NCBI RefSeq assembly: GCF_018350175.1
Contig: NC_058368.1
Coordinates: 110,052,001 to 110,116,000, forward strand
Source of the DNA: Felis catus
Lineage: Eukaryota
Direction: 5' to 3'
Length of the DNA stretch: 64,000 nt
Shown here: one piece after another, positions 12,071 to 24,458 of the stretch
Layout: the number at the start of each line of letters is the position of its first letter
How positions within the stretch are numbered: the first letter of the stretch is position 1
Notes under the pieces: model-generated
Told to the model about the DNA's origin: nothing
Databases searched by the model: none
The model's input: the letters and a program-made list of their open reading frames with translations, nothing else
Position numbers and translations under genes: made by a program

Positions 12071-12449
12071 TGCCCCAGAGTTAGTTGTTTCATTCACCTT
12101 GGCTCTTCTCTTTTATGCTCTTGGTTTTCCCCACATGTCTCATGATCCCTGTTGGCCTGTTCCATCTGCACGTGACTAGGCTGACTGGCACAGCCGGCTG
12201 GAACTGGTCTCCCTGTGGCCGGGCAGGCCTCTTTCCTGAGGAGGGCTGGCCGTGAACTCTGCGCATGGCCAGGGCTCACTTTAGGATGCACAGGGAGGGT
12301 GGAGGCGGTGCAGGCTACCTGGCACAACCCTCCCGGACTCTCACTTCCTGGAGGCCAGGTCAGCCCCATGCAGTTTCCTCTTCTTAGTCCTCAAGAGGAT
12401 CTTGAACGAGACAACGATTAACTAATAAAGATGGAACCGCCTCTGCTGT

Positions 12450-12630
12450 TCATTGAGGGCTTACTCTGAGCCAGGAACTTTACAGCTGCCTTATTTCCAT
12501 TTATCATCTTACTTCATTCCCCACACAGCCCTATTCTCCCTTTGAGAGATGAGGAAACACTCATAACGTAAGACACCTGCCCAAATTAATACACGTGGGA
12601 TGTGGCAGAGACGAAGAACCCCATTCTTGG
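12450..12630 (-). mobile_element. MIR fragment
   Basis: cattgagggcttactctgagccagg...gagatgaggaaacac...cctgcccaa, which resembles antisense MIR. Confidence 0.6.
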
Positions 12631-15319
12631 CAGCCCCAGAGCCTTGTTCCTTCCAGCACGCTGAACCCCTGTCTGGGCCCACACAGGCCAACCATGATAA
12701 CTTCCAGGCATCTACAGTCATACAAACCGCCTCCTCACATTATCACTTCTAAGCTGTGCATTTTATAAATTCAGAGCATAGAGAATTATATGCAATAGAA
12801 TCACCAGGTCTGATCTTGAACAGAAATAGCCTCCTTTTTGGAAGTGTAGCCCTGTGGCAAAGCCTCCCTACATCATGGCCAGGGAGAGGGTGCACTGATT
12901 AACCCCATACTCTTCTGGTTAGCCAAGAGCTCCCAAGGTTGGCCCTATTAGAAAGAACTGAGACTCCATCCATGGGCCACTCACAAACAGGACTCGAGGC
13001 TTCAGAGCCAGGAGCTATCTGCAGACACGCTGGCTCTGAGAGGCTGGTCAGCCAGTATCCTAGAGCACCGAGCCTGATTGTGCCCTTTGGTCAAAGGCCC
13101 TGCAGCTCCTGGAGCAAACAGGCCATTCGAGGCTAAAACGTATCCAGCACGGTCGGCCCCCACCCCTACCGGGAAAAAGCCTGCAGACCCCATCTCTGTT
13201 GTGAAACTTGCAGGAGGTGGTTCCGGGAACTTCCTGCTCAGCAACAAACAGCACCTTGTAGACCAAGGAATTAATGCGGAAAACAAAAGAAGGCTTAGCA
13301 GGCTTTCTCACGGATACAGAGCTATCTACATATAGAGAGCTATATATCAGTTCATGCATGGATTTACTGAGAATCACAGCAGCCTTGGGAGGCAGAGAGA
13401 GCATGAGGCATTACCCCCATCTTATAGATAAGCAAAGCAAGGCTTGGAAGCGAGTATATTAGTCAAATTCTTCCAAGGGCATTAAAGGGTAGCTTAGAAA
13501 ACTAATTTCCTTTACTAATTCAGTTTTTAAATTTAAATTACACTTTGATCCAGAAAGTTGCCCTAGGCGGCATCAGAAGCGTAATGGCTGTTTGAGAGAA
13601 AAAAAACCTTGTTTCAGAAAAGATCTGAGATGCCTTCAGCTCCCTTAAAATGTGCTGTGACTTGAGTTGAACCCGGTCAAACTTTCTAGCTCCTCTTTGC
13701 TGGTCCCAGCCCTTCCCTACCACTGTCTTGGCACCCAGGGCTCCAGGCCTCTTCCCAGCACTGTGCTCACAGTACTTGGGGCCCCTTCAGAAGGCCTCCC
13801 TCTGACCAGTCCCAAAAACTGAGGATACATGGAGGCAGGCAGACGAGGGCAAAGGTGCAGACCAGGGTTCAGGTTCAAAATTCCCTTTGCTTTCAAAACT
13901 CTATGAATGGGAAGCCACCCCCTCCCCCACCCCTCCCCCACAGGTCTGAGGAAATCCCTCTGAGGGTTTTGCCAGGATAAAGCAGGCAAGAGCAGACCCT
14001 GGTGTTAGGCAGTGGGAGGTGAATGGCAGGTTCCCAGTGTTGTGCCCACGGTTCTCCCTGAGCCCACCCCATCGTCCTGCCCCCACCCGTCATACACCGC
14101 TCCCTCGTCCACCGTCCACTGTATTTTATGAATGCATGGAATGTGAAATCCCTGATTTCGAGGAGATGGAAGATGGAATGTGTTAGCTGCAGCCAGAGAC
14201 AGCAATGAATTCCACAAATAGCTTTCTAGAAGCCCTCATTCAAGTTCACAAATCAGGCCCCAAACAACCCCAATTCTACATCCTCGCAGATTGAGACGGC
14301 CGGCTTCTCATTTCAGGCGAAACCATTTGTCTTGTGCCCAATCTTGTTCGGGAGGTGTGGAAGCCTCAGAATGATCCTGGATTTCCCAAATTGCCTCAAA
14401 TTGCAGGACAGACAGACCCTTCCTCACAAATGTCCGTTTCGAAAGGACTCCGCCAATATCCTGCTGGAACGCCAGAGTCACGGGTCGCCGCAGCTGGTGA
14501 GGACCGAGGGACGGTGGCATTACCTCCTGACTCAAAAGACAAGGCCACCGAGGCCCTGTCTTATCCAAAGCCATCGCCAGGGGAACAGGAGAGTATTTCA
14601 AAAATGACAGCGAGTGGTTTTTCATTTTCAGCAAAGTATTTTTTCTCCTAAGTTCTTCCGCCATTAAAACTAGACGTGAGGCTGAGTGTTAGGGCCTCAG
14701 GGGAGAGTATGGTGCACTGAACACAGAGGGGTAAAATTCTTGGCTTTTAAAACTCACAGCAGAGACAATTTTCTGGAAAGAAGGCTTTCAATTTGCAGAA
14801 GACAGGCTTTTTGAAAAATAATTTATTTCTAAAGCTCTAAAATCTTGGTTTTAATAGCAAGAAATAAAGCCATGGAGTCCATAAACTTTAGGGCATCAGC
14901 AGTGGAGCTCGGGAGAAAGGATGGGATTTAAGAGCTTGTTCCCTCTGTACCCTGCCCCCAGCACCCCCGCCCCCGCCCCGCCCCCCTCCTGCCCCAAGTA
15001 GGAGATCAAGTCATGTGGCTGGGAGAGGAGGGGAGTGGAACAGAGAACAGTGAAGGCAATACCTAGTGCCCTTTTCCAGATGGGACCCTACGGCCACTTT
15101 CCTAAAGGAGGTGATCAAAGCCCCACAAAAGTTGGTGGGGGCCCCAGAAGAGAGGAGACGTGTGCCATAGGAGAGGGGCTTAGGGGGACCCTAAGTCTAA
15201 GTCTGGGAGCCAGAGGGCAGAAAGGGCTATGGGGTCTCTCAGAGGGTCTGTGGGAAGAAGCAGGACAGCTGCGGCCCTGTGTCCTCACCTGGCCTTCCAG
15301 GACTTTGGAGTCCCATAGA

Positions 15320-15510
15320 TCAGAACTCACCCAGGGTCTGCCTCCTCCACTTCCTTGTGGAGGGACAGTGGACTAGTTACTTGTCAGTGTCCCCATCTGA
15401 AAAACTGGGATAATGGGAGAGCTCGCCTCATGGGGCAATCATGAGGATTAAGTGGGATGACGCATGGAAGTCCTTAGCGTGGAGCTTGCCACAGGGAAAC
15501 CGTCTGAATG
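15320..15510 (+). mobile_element. MIR fragment
   Basis: gtccccatctgaaaaactgggataat...atgaggattaagtgggatgacgcatggaag, a MIR core-like sequence. Confidence 0.65.
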
Positions 15511-15914
15511 ATTGGGCTCCTATCATCGCTGCTAATGACGACACGCTGGCTTTGAAATCAACTCACTCAAATGAGCAGAACCACGGTACTCCTACACACA
15601 GGCTAATTAAAACATCTAAGTCATCATCATCTTTTCAATAACTGCCAGTTAGAGTTAGGACACAAGGGCTTGTGGGGTTTGTAATTGTATTCGGTGAAAT
15701 CTTAGAAGACTTCTCTCAAGTCCAGAGGCCAAAAGAATGAAACACATCCTGGGACAACCTCACTCTGTAGAGGGAAGGTTGGGGTGCAGGCCCCTGCCTC
15801 TGTGGGAGGCTCACACCCCCAGGGAGGAGCAGCCTGTGGTCCTGAAGGGAAAAGAAACACAGGCTCTTGTGATTGCTACAAAATCAACTGCAAGGCTGCT
15901 CCCCTTCTTGGGAG

Positions 15915-15916
<2 letters not shown>

Positions 15917-15960
<44 letters not shown>

Positions 15961-15983
15961 CACGTGCGTGTGTGTGTGTGTGT
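15917..15983. repeat. Compound (TG)19(CG)3...(TG)n microsatellite
   Basis: 67 bp of uninterrupted pyrimidine-purine alternation. Confidence 0.98.
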
Positions 15984-16419
15984 CTCCTCCTCCCTGCAGC
16001 CCCCCACTCTCTAAGGAGCTTCAAACAGTCAAAAACCACTGACCTGTAGGGACACAACCCCACTGTGCCAAAGACGCTAAGAACATAGCCAGCTCACCTC
16101 AGCTCTTTGACAACTCTAAATTGTCATGCGGTAAAGAACCCACAGGGTGGTCTCTGCCTGCTCCTGGAGAGGGTGTCACGCAACTACCAAGGGTGATGGT
16201 TATTAGAGGCCTTGAGGTAGGACCCTCTGGGGGGTGTCTCCCATTGCGCCCTGCCCTGTGAGAACTCTCTGTAGCAGGAAGGGTCCACACTCTGCATACA
16301 GGCAGGTCCTCCCTCCCGCCCAGGCTCTCAGGCCTGAGCACCTGCCTTTATTCCTCCCCATCTCCTCCTTCTCAAGGTCTCTCTCAAGTCTGGGTTCCTG
16401 TTTTGTTTCTGCAGTTAAA

Positions 16420-17120
16420 AGCTCTTCAGCATCAGGTAAGATTAAATTTGCAGTAACAGGCAGTCCCCAAAGGGTGACTTTAACAAATTCTAAGTTTTTG
16501 CTATCTTTTCATGTAAAAGAATCCAGAGGGAAGAAATTCAGAGCTGGCATGGTGTCTCTACCAACTTGTCATAGACCTGGGGTCAACCCATTCTCCATTC
16601 TGCCATTTCCTGGATCCAAGATGGAGCTACAGCACCAGCCAAAATATCCTCCTTCCAGGCGGCAATATGGAGGAAGGGAAGAAGTAGGGCAGTAAGATGG
16701 CTTCCTAGAAATTTCACGTAACAGTTCTGTTTCATCTCACTTGGCAGATTTATCTGCAAGGCCAACTTAGTAATACTGAAGTCTAGGGAATGTGGTCTTT
16801 TGTCAGAATGTCAATGTGTCCAGGGGGCACCTGGGTGGCTCAGTTGGTTAAGTGTCCGACTTCAGCTCAGGTCATGATCTCATAATTCGTGGGGTCAAGC
16901 CCTGTGTCAGTGACAGCTCAGAAGCTTGGAGCCTGCTTCTGATTCTGTGTCTCCCTCTCTCTCTGCCTCTCCCCACTCACACTCTGTCTCTCTCAGAAAT
17001 GAATAAACATTAAAAACTTAAAAGAAAAAAAGAATGGCAATGTGTCCAGATAACTTCGAGATTTTGTTACTTAAGGGGGTGGGGAGATGGATATTAGAGG
17101 CAACTACCAGTACCTGCCCT
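16420..17120 (-). mobile_element. Ancient ERVL-MaLR solo LTR (MLT1J/K/L-like), split by a SINE
   Basis: MLT1-like motifs such as tccagagg...cagagctggcatggt, ccaagatgg and gtctagggaatgtggtcttt. The element resumes after the SINE (ggatattagaggcaac). Confidence 0.55.
16824..17030 (+). mobile_element. Felid/carnivore SINE
   Basis: Full structure. 19-bp TSD AGAATG(T/G)CAATGTGTCCAG at 16805-16823 and 17031-17049. Confidence 0.95.
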
Positions 17121-17796
17121 ATGTCAATCTTTTATTTTATTGTGTACAGTTCTCTCTACGCCCCCGCCTCCCCCTGCATTTCTCCTCCCTACATCTGAGG
17201 CCACTTGCAGTTTCCAGTATTATTCCACCGTGTTTCAGTGTTGCCTAGCTGGCTGTTGTTTTCTTTGTCTCTTCGTAGGTAATATGTTTGGTTGCTTTCA
17301 AACTTTTCTCATTGTCTTTGATGTTCAACAGTTTTGCTGTTATTTGTTTAATCGTGGGTCTGCTTCTATCAGGCTTCCTGGAACTTACTATACTTTCTCA
17401 ATCTGAAGACTAACATATTTCTTTAGTCCTGGACAACTCCCAGGTGTTGTCTTCAAACACTGCCCTCTTGCATTCTTGTGACTGTCACCTTCTTTAACTC
17501 CTGCTGGATGTTGGATCTTCTTGTTCTGGCATTCATCTTTTAGCTGCCCTTCCCTACTTTCCTTTCCTTTCTCTCTCTGTGCTGCTCTCCGGGTTAGTTC
17601 TTTAGCTGTCTTCCAAATCGTGGATTCTCTCTTCAGCTAACCTGTATTTTGAATTCTTATCATGGCAATTAATTGTTTTCTGTAAGTTCCATTTTACTCT
17701 TTTTTAAAAGGGTATTTAGTTCTTTCAGGATGATTTTTACTCTTCTATCTTTAAACTTTTAAGAGACTTCAAAAAGTTATGTGTTTTATTGGAAAT

Positions 17797-18017
17797 ATTT
17801 TTTTTAATTTAACTTTATTTATTTTGAGAGAGAGAGAGAGAAAAAAAAGAGAGCACAAGCAGGGGAAGAATAGAAAGAAAGGGAGAGGGAATCCCAAGCA
17901 GACTCTGCCCTGCCTGTGCAGAGCCTGATGTGGGGCTCGAACTCACAAACCATGAGATCATGGCCTGAGCTGATATCAAGAGTTGGCTGCTTAACCCACT
18001 GAGCTACCCAGGCACCC
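17797..18017 (-). mobile_element. Carnivore SINE (antisense)
   Basis: polyT and (GA)n, ending gcttaacccactgagctacccaggcaccc. Confidence 0.92.
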
Positions 18018-18036
18018 TTTAAAAAGTTATATTTTA

Positions 18037-18234
18037 GGGGCGCCTGGGTGGCGCAGTCGGTTAAGCGTCCGACTTCAGCCAGGTCACGATCTCGCGGTCC
18101 GTGAGTTCGAGCCCCGCGTCAGGCTCTGGGCTGATGGCTCAGAGCCTGGAGCCTGTTTCCGATTCTGTGTCTCCCTCTCTCTCTGCCCCTCCCCCGTTCA
18201 TGCTCTGTCTCTCTCTGTCCCCCCCCAAAAAAAG
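18037..18234 (+). mobile_element. Young felid SINE (SINEC_Fc-like) with a shortened tail
   Basis: CpG-rich intact head with A and B boxes. Differs from the 7127 copy at about 5 positions. Perfect duplication TTTAAAAAGTTATATTTTA at 18018-18036 and 18235-18253. Confidence 0.97.
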
Positions 18235-18281
18235 TTTAAAAAGTTATATTTTAAACAAACCTACATTAGCTCATAACTTAA

Positions 18282-18481
18282 GTTTGTTTGTTTGTTTGTT
18301 TGTTTTGAGAGACAGCAGGGGAGAGGCAGAGAGAGAGAGAGGGAGAGGGGGAGTCCCAAGCAGGCTCCGTGCTGTCAGTGCAGAGCCCAATGTGAGGCTC
18401 GAACCCATGAACTGTGAGATCATGACCTGAGCTGAAATCAAGAGTTGGATGCTTAACTGACTGAGCCACCCAGGTGCCCCC
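18282..18481 (-). mobile_element. Carnivore SINE (antisense) with a (GTTT)n tail
   Basis: (GTTT)n and (GA)n, ending ctgactgagccacccaggtgccccc. Confidence 0.93.
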
Positions 18482-20714
18482 ATAAGCTCATAATTTAAAG
18501 AGTCTAACAGTTAAGACTTTTTATAAAAAATGGCAAGCCTTTCCTCCCTTACTCCCATTTCTATTCCCTGGAGGCAATCTCTCTCACTATTTCTACTTGA
18601 TTATTTCTGAATTTACCTAAAAAGCATTCTACTTCCTGTTTCTTTGGAGTGAGGCTTTATCTACGAACTTCCCAGTGGAGGGAAGAATTCAGCTCTCTCT
18701 CACATAATCCCTCCCCGCCTCTCCACTGCCAACAGGCACCCTCCTGTCCACCGCAGTGGAAATATAATGCATTTCGGTTAGCTCAGTGTTTGAAGTTTAT
18801 GTTTCTAGGCTTCATAAATGCTATTCACAGCCAAGCCAGGGAGTGCAGAATGTTTGCACTCTGGTCTGTGGGAGGAAGCATAGGGAACTCTTCTGGAACA
18901 TCATTTTCAGTTTGGAGGTAATTTGGGGAATAAACAACCCCTCTGCAGAGGAGAAAGCAAAGGTCTTCAGGTGGGCTGGAGCCGGACTGTCTCCCCAGTC
19001 TGGGGAGTGGGCACGATGGGTCCCTTCCACACCCAGAAGGGGGCAAAGCTCTGTCCCACCCTCTCCAGGGTCTGGTGAGAGTGTCTGGAGGGGGGCATCA
19101 CTCCTTAAATGGCGATAGGCTGGAATGGAGTTGAGGCAGCCGAAGCCACAAAATGATATATCGAGCCTTTCTGGAAGGGTTTCCTTAACAATTTGCCACC
19201 TGACAGGGTTACAGTGGAGGCTGTGAGGAGCTGTACTCACAAACACTCACACATGCAGATGCGCACATGCACACACACACACACGTCTGAAATAACAATT
19301 TCAGATGCAGGAAGGGAGCTTGCTGCCTGCACAGACTTTGCTCACCACAGGGCCTCAGGGTTTACACTGTCAGACTTCACTCTTTTGAGCAGTGGCAGGA
19401 ACCCCAAGCATGCTGGGAAGTGTGGGGGGCACCATCCTTCTTGGCTGTCCTCCTGCTGAGGATCAGCCAGGACCAGAGGTACTGAGTGACAGAGGCAGAG
19501 GCCAAGGCGTGGACTTTGGAGAACAGGGAGTTGATGCTATTCTGTGCTGTGGGCAGGCTCAGCAGCCTGGGTCTGGTCTGGGCCCCACTCCTGCTGGGTG
19601 CACTCATACCGGTCATGTAACCTTTCAGAGCCAGGCTTTATTGGGCCATCTGTAAATGACCCCAATTATGTAGGGCTGTCCTAATGAATGAGAAAAGTGA
19701 TACTGAGGCAGGGCAGGGGGGAGGTGGGGGGAACATGGCAAGTACCCTGGATTGGGCGGGCGGCCCTTACTAGGGTAGAAAGGAAGGAGTTAGAACAACG
19801 TACCCGCAAGTGGGCCTCGCTTGGCTCTGGAACAAAGAAGAGTAAAACTCTTGTTGGTGAAACGGAAACACGATCAACTGTTGCTCAAAAGGGTTCCCGT
19901 GAATGTTTTCAGAGTAGGATGGATTCTGTAGAATAGACCTGGGCGTCCCGCCTTAGCCCTCCTGGCTGAGTGTGTGTCAATGTTTTGAAATGGAGAGCCT
20001 TAGTGACCCAGGCGGTGGTCTCTCTGCCTTCTGCCCCCAGCAGCTCTGTGGTCGCTTAGCAACGGGCCCTCCCGGGTACCACTGTGTGTGGATCCTCTTT
20101 CCCTTCCCACCGAGACCACACAAACCCCCTGTGCACAGAGGCCAGACTCATCCCCTCTGTGGTCCAGGATGAAGCCCTGGAGAATGGGCCAGCAAAGGGC
20201 TGAGCACTGGGCAGCTAATCAAGGGGACCACTTAGACGTAGCGGGGATGGCACCAGCTTCCCGACTGATGGCTTTGTGACACTCTTGTAATCCAAAGGCC
20301 CTGGCTGTGCCCATGCAGACCTCTTGTCTCTGCAGCCCCAGGAGTGCTATTTTTCCACCCCATGGTGAACAGACTGACGGCAGCCAAGTGATGGCAGCAA
20401 TGCGTGTGCCTGCACAGGTGTGGGAAATGTCACTGCCCATGCTGGCACACGCCTCATGCCTGCCCGGTGCCTGCTGGCTCCTGTCAGGCTGACGTGGGCT
20501 CTGTTGGCTGCTAATTGAATTTAGGAAGCCCCAGCTGCCAGCAGCAGTCCCTGGTCCTGAGCAGCTGTTAGTGAGAGTCCAAATACGAGAAGACTGGAAA
20601 TACAGAATGCATAGTCGCAGGTGGGAACAGCCTGCTCTAGATCTGTATCCTGAACAGTGGAGGGAGCAGTGCTCCAGATGCCCGAGCATTCCAGTTAACC
20701 AACAGCTGACTTAC

Positions 20715-20847
20715 CAAGGTTTGAAGATGGAAAACAAACGGGCAATACTTAGCATGGAACTAAAATGAGTATGACCGACTTTGCCTCAGGAGGCACGCCA
20801 AGCTCTCGTGGAAACTCAGAACCAGCACTTGGCAAAGCCAAATTTCA
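20715..20847 (-). ncRNA. Candidate non-coding internal exon (133 nt)
   Basis: On the minus strand: acceptor tttatctgtgaccttctttacAG and donor TTG|GTAAGT. Stops occur in all three frames. No transcript evidence is available. Confidence 0.3.
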
Positions 20848-23032
20848 CTGTAAAGAAGGTCACAGATAAACCCTCTAGCTATTCTGGCTTTAATGGCCAA
20901 GAAAGGCCTTCTCATCCTTTATGTTAGACTCAGCATTCGCTTTTTTGTGCTGGTCTGAGATCCCCTTTGCATTCTGAGACCCTGAAACCAGCAGGCGGGG
21001 CTGTGCCTGGGTCTGCGGGAGGAAGCGCTGGGAGCCCTCTGATACTCAGTGAGGGAGATGTCCGGGCCTCTTCAGCAACCCTAGTGTGGGTGGCATTTTA
21101 TCTTTTAAGAGGGGGGACTTCAAGGCCTTTCACAGAGGCACGGGGGCCTGCGTCTCAAGGTGACTTCAGGTCATGAAGGGCAGTTAAGACTCACTCTCCA
21201 GATCCTCGCTGCCGCCAGGAAGTGAGGTGGCCCTGCTATGAGTGGTCTTCAATGAAAAGGCAGTTTTGCAAAGCAGACATGTGGGGGAGGACTATTTGCC
21301 TTGCAAAATAATTCTTACCGAGCACAAACACGTACTGAGTGCCTACTCTGTGCTGGGCCCTGGGAACACAGTTGGGTCATCACCAGCCACAGCCCCCTCT
21401 GGGTGCTGTGGCAATGCCCAGGTGGGGAACAGGACCTGGATTTGGGATGAGGTTATGATTTAGAGGAAGAAGCATGTTATGGAGAGTCTTGGTGACCAAG
21501 GCCAGGCCCCTGACCTGAGGTCCAGCCACTTCTGGTGGGAAGAAACTAGGCCAGAGAGGACAGGAGGGAGGCCCCTCGGCAATTTCAGGAGACTTCCCGA
21601 TCATCTCCAGGTGGGAACAGGTGCCAGAGAGGCCAACGGGGGAACCTGTTGATGGGTCGCTGGTGGTAACTAGGCAGCAAGAGATCAGAAAACACTTTGT
21701 GAGCAGCAAGCATAGGGCGGCCCTGACTCTGCCTTCCATGCTGCCTTGCAGGGATCCTTGGGCTCATGCAGCCTTTAGGACTTCTGCGAGGAGGCTGGGC
21801 ATGCAAATGATACCATGCAGGCATGTCGCAGAGCCCCCTGTCTCTAGTAGTCCATCCTCAAGTACACTCACAGCTGCGTGAATAAAAAGGGGCATTTAGT
21901 CGCCCTTTTCAATTTCAGGTCAGCATTACAGTCCAGGGCAAGGCTGCAGCTGCATTAGCCCCAGAGTCCGGGAAGCCCACCGGGCCGGAGTGTGGTGCTG
22001 CGGTGCACCAGGAACCGGCAAACAGACCTCGGGCAGGGACCTGCCTGCCAGCTGCTGGTCAGTGTGGCCAGATCAGATCACGGGCAAGTCAGGGAAGAAA
22101 GAGAGCATATCTGATGTTGGCATCATTAGCCTCCGAACAGGGCAAAGCAGAGCAAATGTGATGATCTGGCAGTTTCTCACTCGCTTCCAGTTCGTGCTCT
22201 CGGGGCCCTGCCCCTCCCCCTCTGAGAGTCCCCTGCTTGCTCGGCCCCTCTAGGCTGGGCACCCCTGGGGGCAGCGCCGTGTGTCCTCCCCTCTCCTGGC
22301 TGGATCCTCAATGCCTGTTCCCAAGACATACCAATGAGTAAGTATACAAACGACAAACTGGCAGTGAATAAAAAAGGCACATGGACCTGGTTGGGAGCCA
22401 GGAAATGGATTTCTAGCTATGTGTGGCCTTCCGCTATTTTACAAAATGCAGTTTAGAAGGTGCTGATTTCAGCTAAGGCTTCAAAGTCTGACATCACCCG
22501 CTGTTAAGCAAAAAGGAATTCTTCCTTCAGACTTGCCTTCCCAGGCAACCACCCAGTAAGAACTGCTCCTCCCTCCCCCTGCAACCACAGGGCCTTCACA
22601 CTGCTTTGCCCAGGCTTCACAGACTCAACTGCCATCCCGGGGCTTCCTGCCTGGCTCATTTCTGAAGACCAGCCTCCTGGGACCTTACTCGCTCGCACCT
22701 GCTTCCCAGGACATGGCAGAGGGGGTGACTGGGGCATGAAGGCCCTCACACTGAGGTCCCCAAAGAAGAAGTGTGCCGGGACCGCACCTTGCCCCTGGGC
22801 CTTACGGCGGATGCTTCTACTGCCACTGTCTCCCTGCTGCTGGCCGCGTGTGGGCAGAGGCAGCACACCCAGGGCCAGCTCCCAGGCAGGGAGACCAGTC
22901 AGCCCTGACTCCGGCCTTGGCTGGGCACAGTGTGCCGCTGACCCAGAGTCACCTCCTGTCTGCCTGGCCTGCCACATCCCCCCCCACAGGACATGACCTC
23001 GCCCTGTCCTCCCTCAGGGTGACGTGGCCACC

Positions 23033-23336
23033 TGTAGTAGCTTCCTGCGGCTGCCTGGAGAGACTGCCACACACTAAGTGGCTTAAAACAATGCAGACTT
23101 ATTATCTGACAGATCTGGGGTCAGAAGTCCAAAATGGGCCTTACTGGGCCACAATTAAGGCGCAGGTACTTCTCTCCACCTCTTTCACTTGGAAGCACCT
23201 TTGTGAGGAGACTGGGCCCACCTGGAGAGTCTCCCCATCTCAAAAGGCTGAACTTAATCACAACGACAAAGTTCCTGTTGGCATGTAAGGTGATAGAGTC
23301 ACAGGTTTGGGGAGGGGACTCATTCTGCCCACCACA
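23033..23336 (-). mobile_element. MaLR solo LTR (MLT1C/D-like), internally deleted
   Basis: Termini tgtagtagcttcctg...cattctgcccaccaca, with hallmark gtggcttaaaacaa, ggtcagaagtccaaaatggg, cttaatcaca and catgtaaggt. Confidence 0.8.
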
Positions 23337-24342
23337 CGGCCCAATCCAACCCATCAGCTCCAACATTAACCAGGGAAGGCCGATTAGAGCAGTCACTCTG
23401 CACATGTCATCTCCCCACAGGATCACACGGCAGGGGCTGGACTCTGAGAGCAAGGAGGCCGCACAAGGGAGGGGCTGTGTTGGAGGACGAGGGTGCCCCA
23501 GGCTGGCCGTGCCGAGGGCCCTGTCCCCTCCACCTCTGTCCCTCATCCCCTCCAGACACCTTGGGCTCACTCTGGTGACGGTGCCTGTCCTGCTGGGTTG
23601 CATCCCTTGTCAGGGCTTGGCCTGATCTGGCTCGCCTTCTCTGAGAAGAAGCCTGCAGCTAAGGGATGGATTTGCAAATACTCTCAAGGCCGCTCCCCCC
23701 ACCCCCCTTTTTTTTCCAGATGAGAGAATTTTCCCAGAACAATTCTTTTTAATGAGATGTTACAAAATAACACACCCCTTGAAGACAAGTTGGAATGTGA
23801 AGAAAAGCACTGAAAAGGAAATACGTCTCCTGTGCTTCTGATACCCAGAGCGAGTGTCCAGCTCTGGATTACATACTGGAAATTCTTCTGGGCGGGGGAC
23901 CATCCTATCCATGCTGTTCCATAACCTTTCTGCTCTTAACCTACTGTCAACATTTCCTTGTGTGATCAGATGCTCTTCTGTGTAGAACATGGTCTGTAAC
24001 AACGCAGTAGGATTCTGTTCTTTCTTTGCTGTAGAATACTTAGTCCGTGGTTCTGTTCTGTAAGCTTTTATCACCGATGTAAGTAGCACTACACTACCAG
24101 CTGAGCCTTTTAACAGTGCTGTGATGGTTTGGAACAGATTCCTGGCTGTGGAAAAGCTGGGTCAGAAAGTGCACAGTAAACTCCAAGGAGACAGGGACAT
24201 GTCTATCTGTTTCATGGTGTGGCCACAGTGTGAAATACTATGGATATCTAATGACTGACAGACCAGGGCACTGATGAATACATGTTTTGATGAATCTTAA
24301 AAATGTTCAGCTAAGTACAAGAGGCCAGCTAGGTGAGAGGAC

Positions 24343-24344
<2 letters not shown>

Positions 24345-24391
<47 letters not shown>

Positions 24392-24401
24392 AATATATAT
24401 A

Positions 24402-24450
<49 letters not shown>

Positions 24451-24458
24451 GTATATAT
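24345..24458. repeat. Compound (GT)22 plus imperfect (TA)n microsatellite
   Basis: GT x22 at 24345-24388, followed by about 70 bp of TA-rich alternation. Confidence 0.98.
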
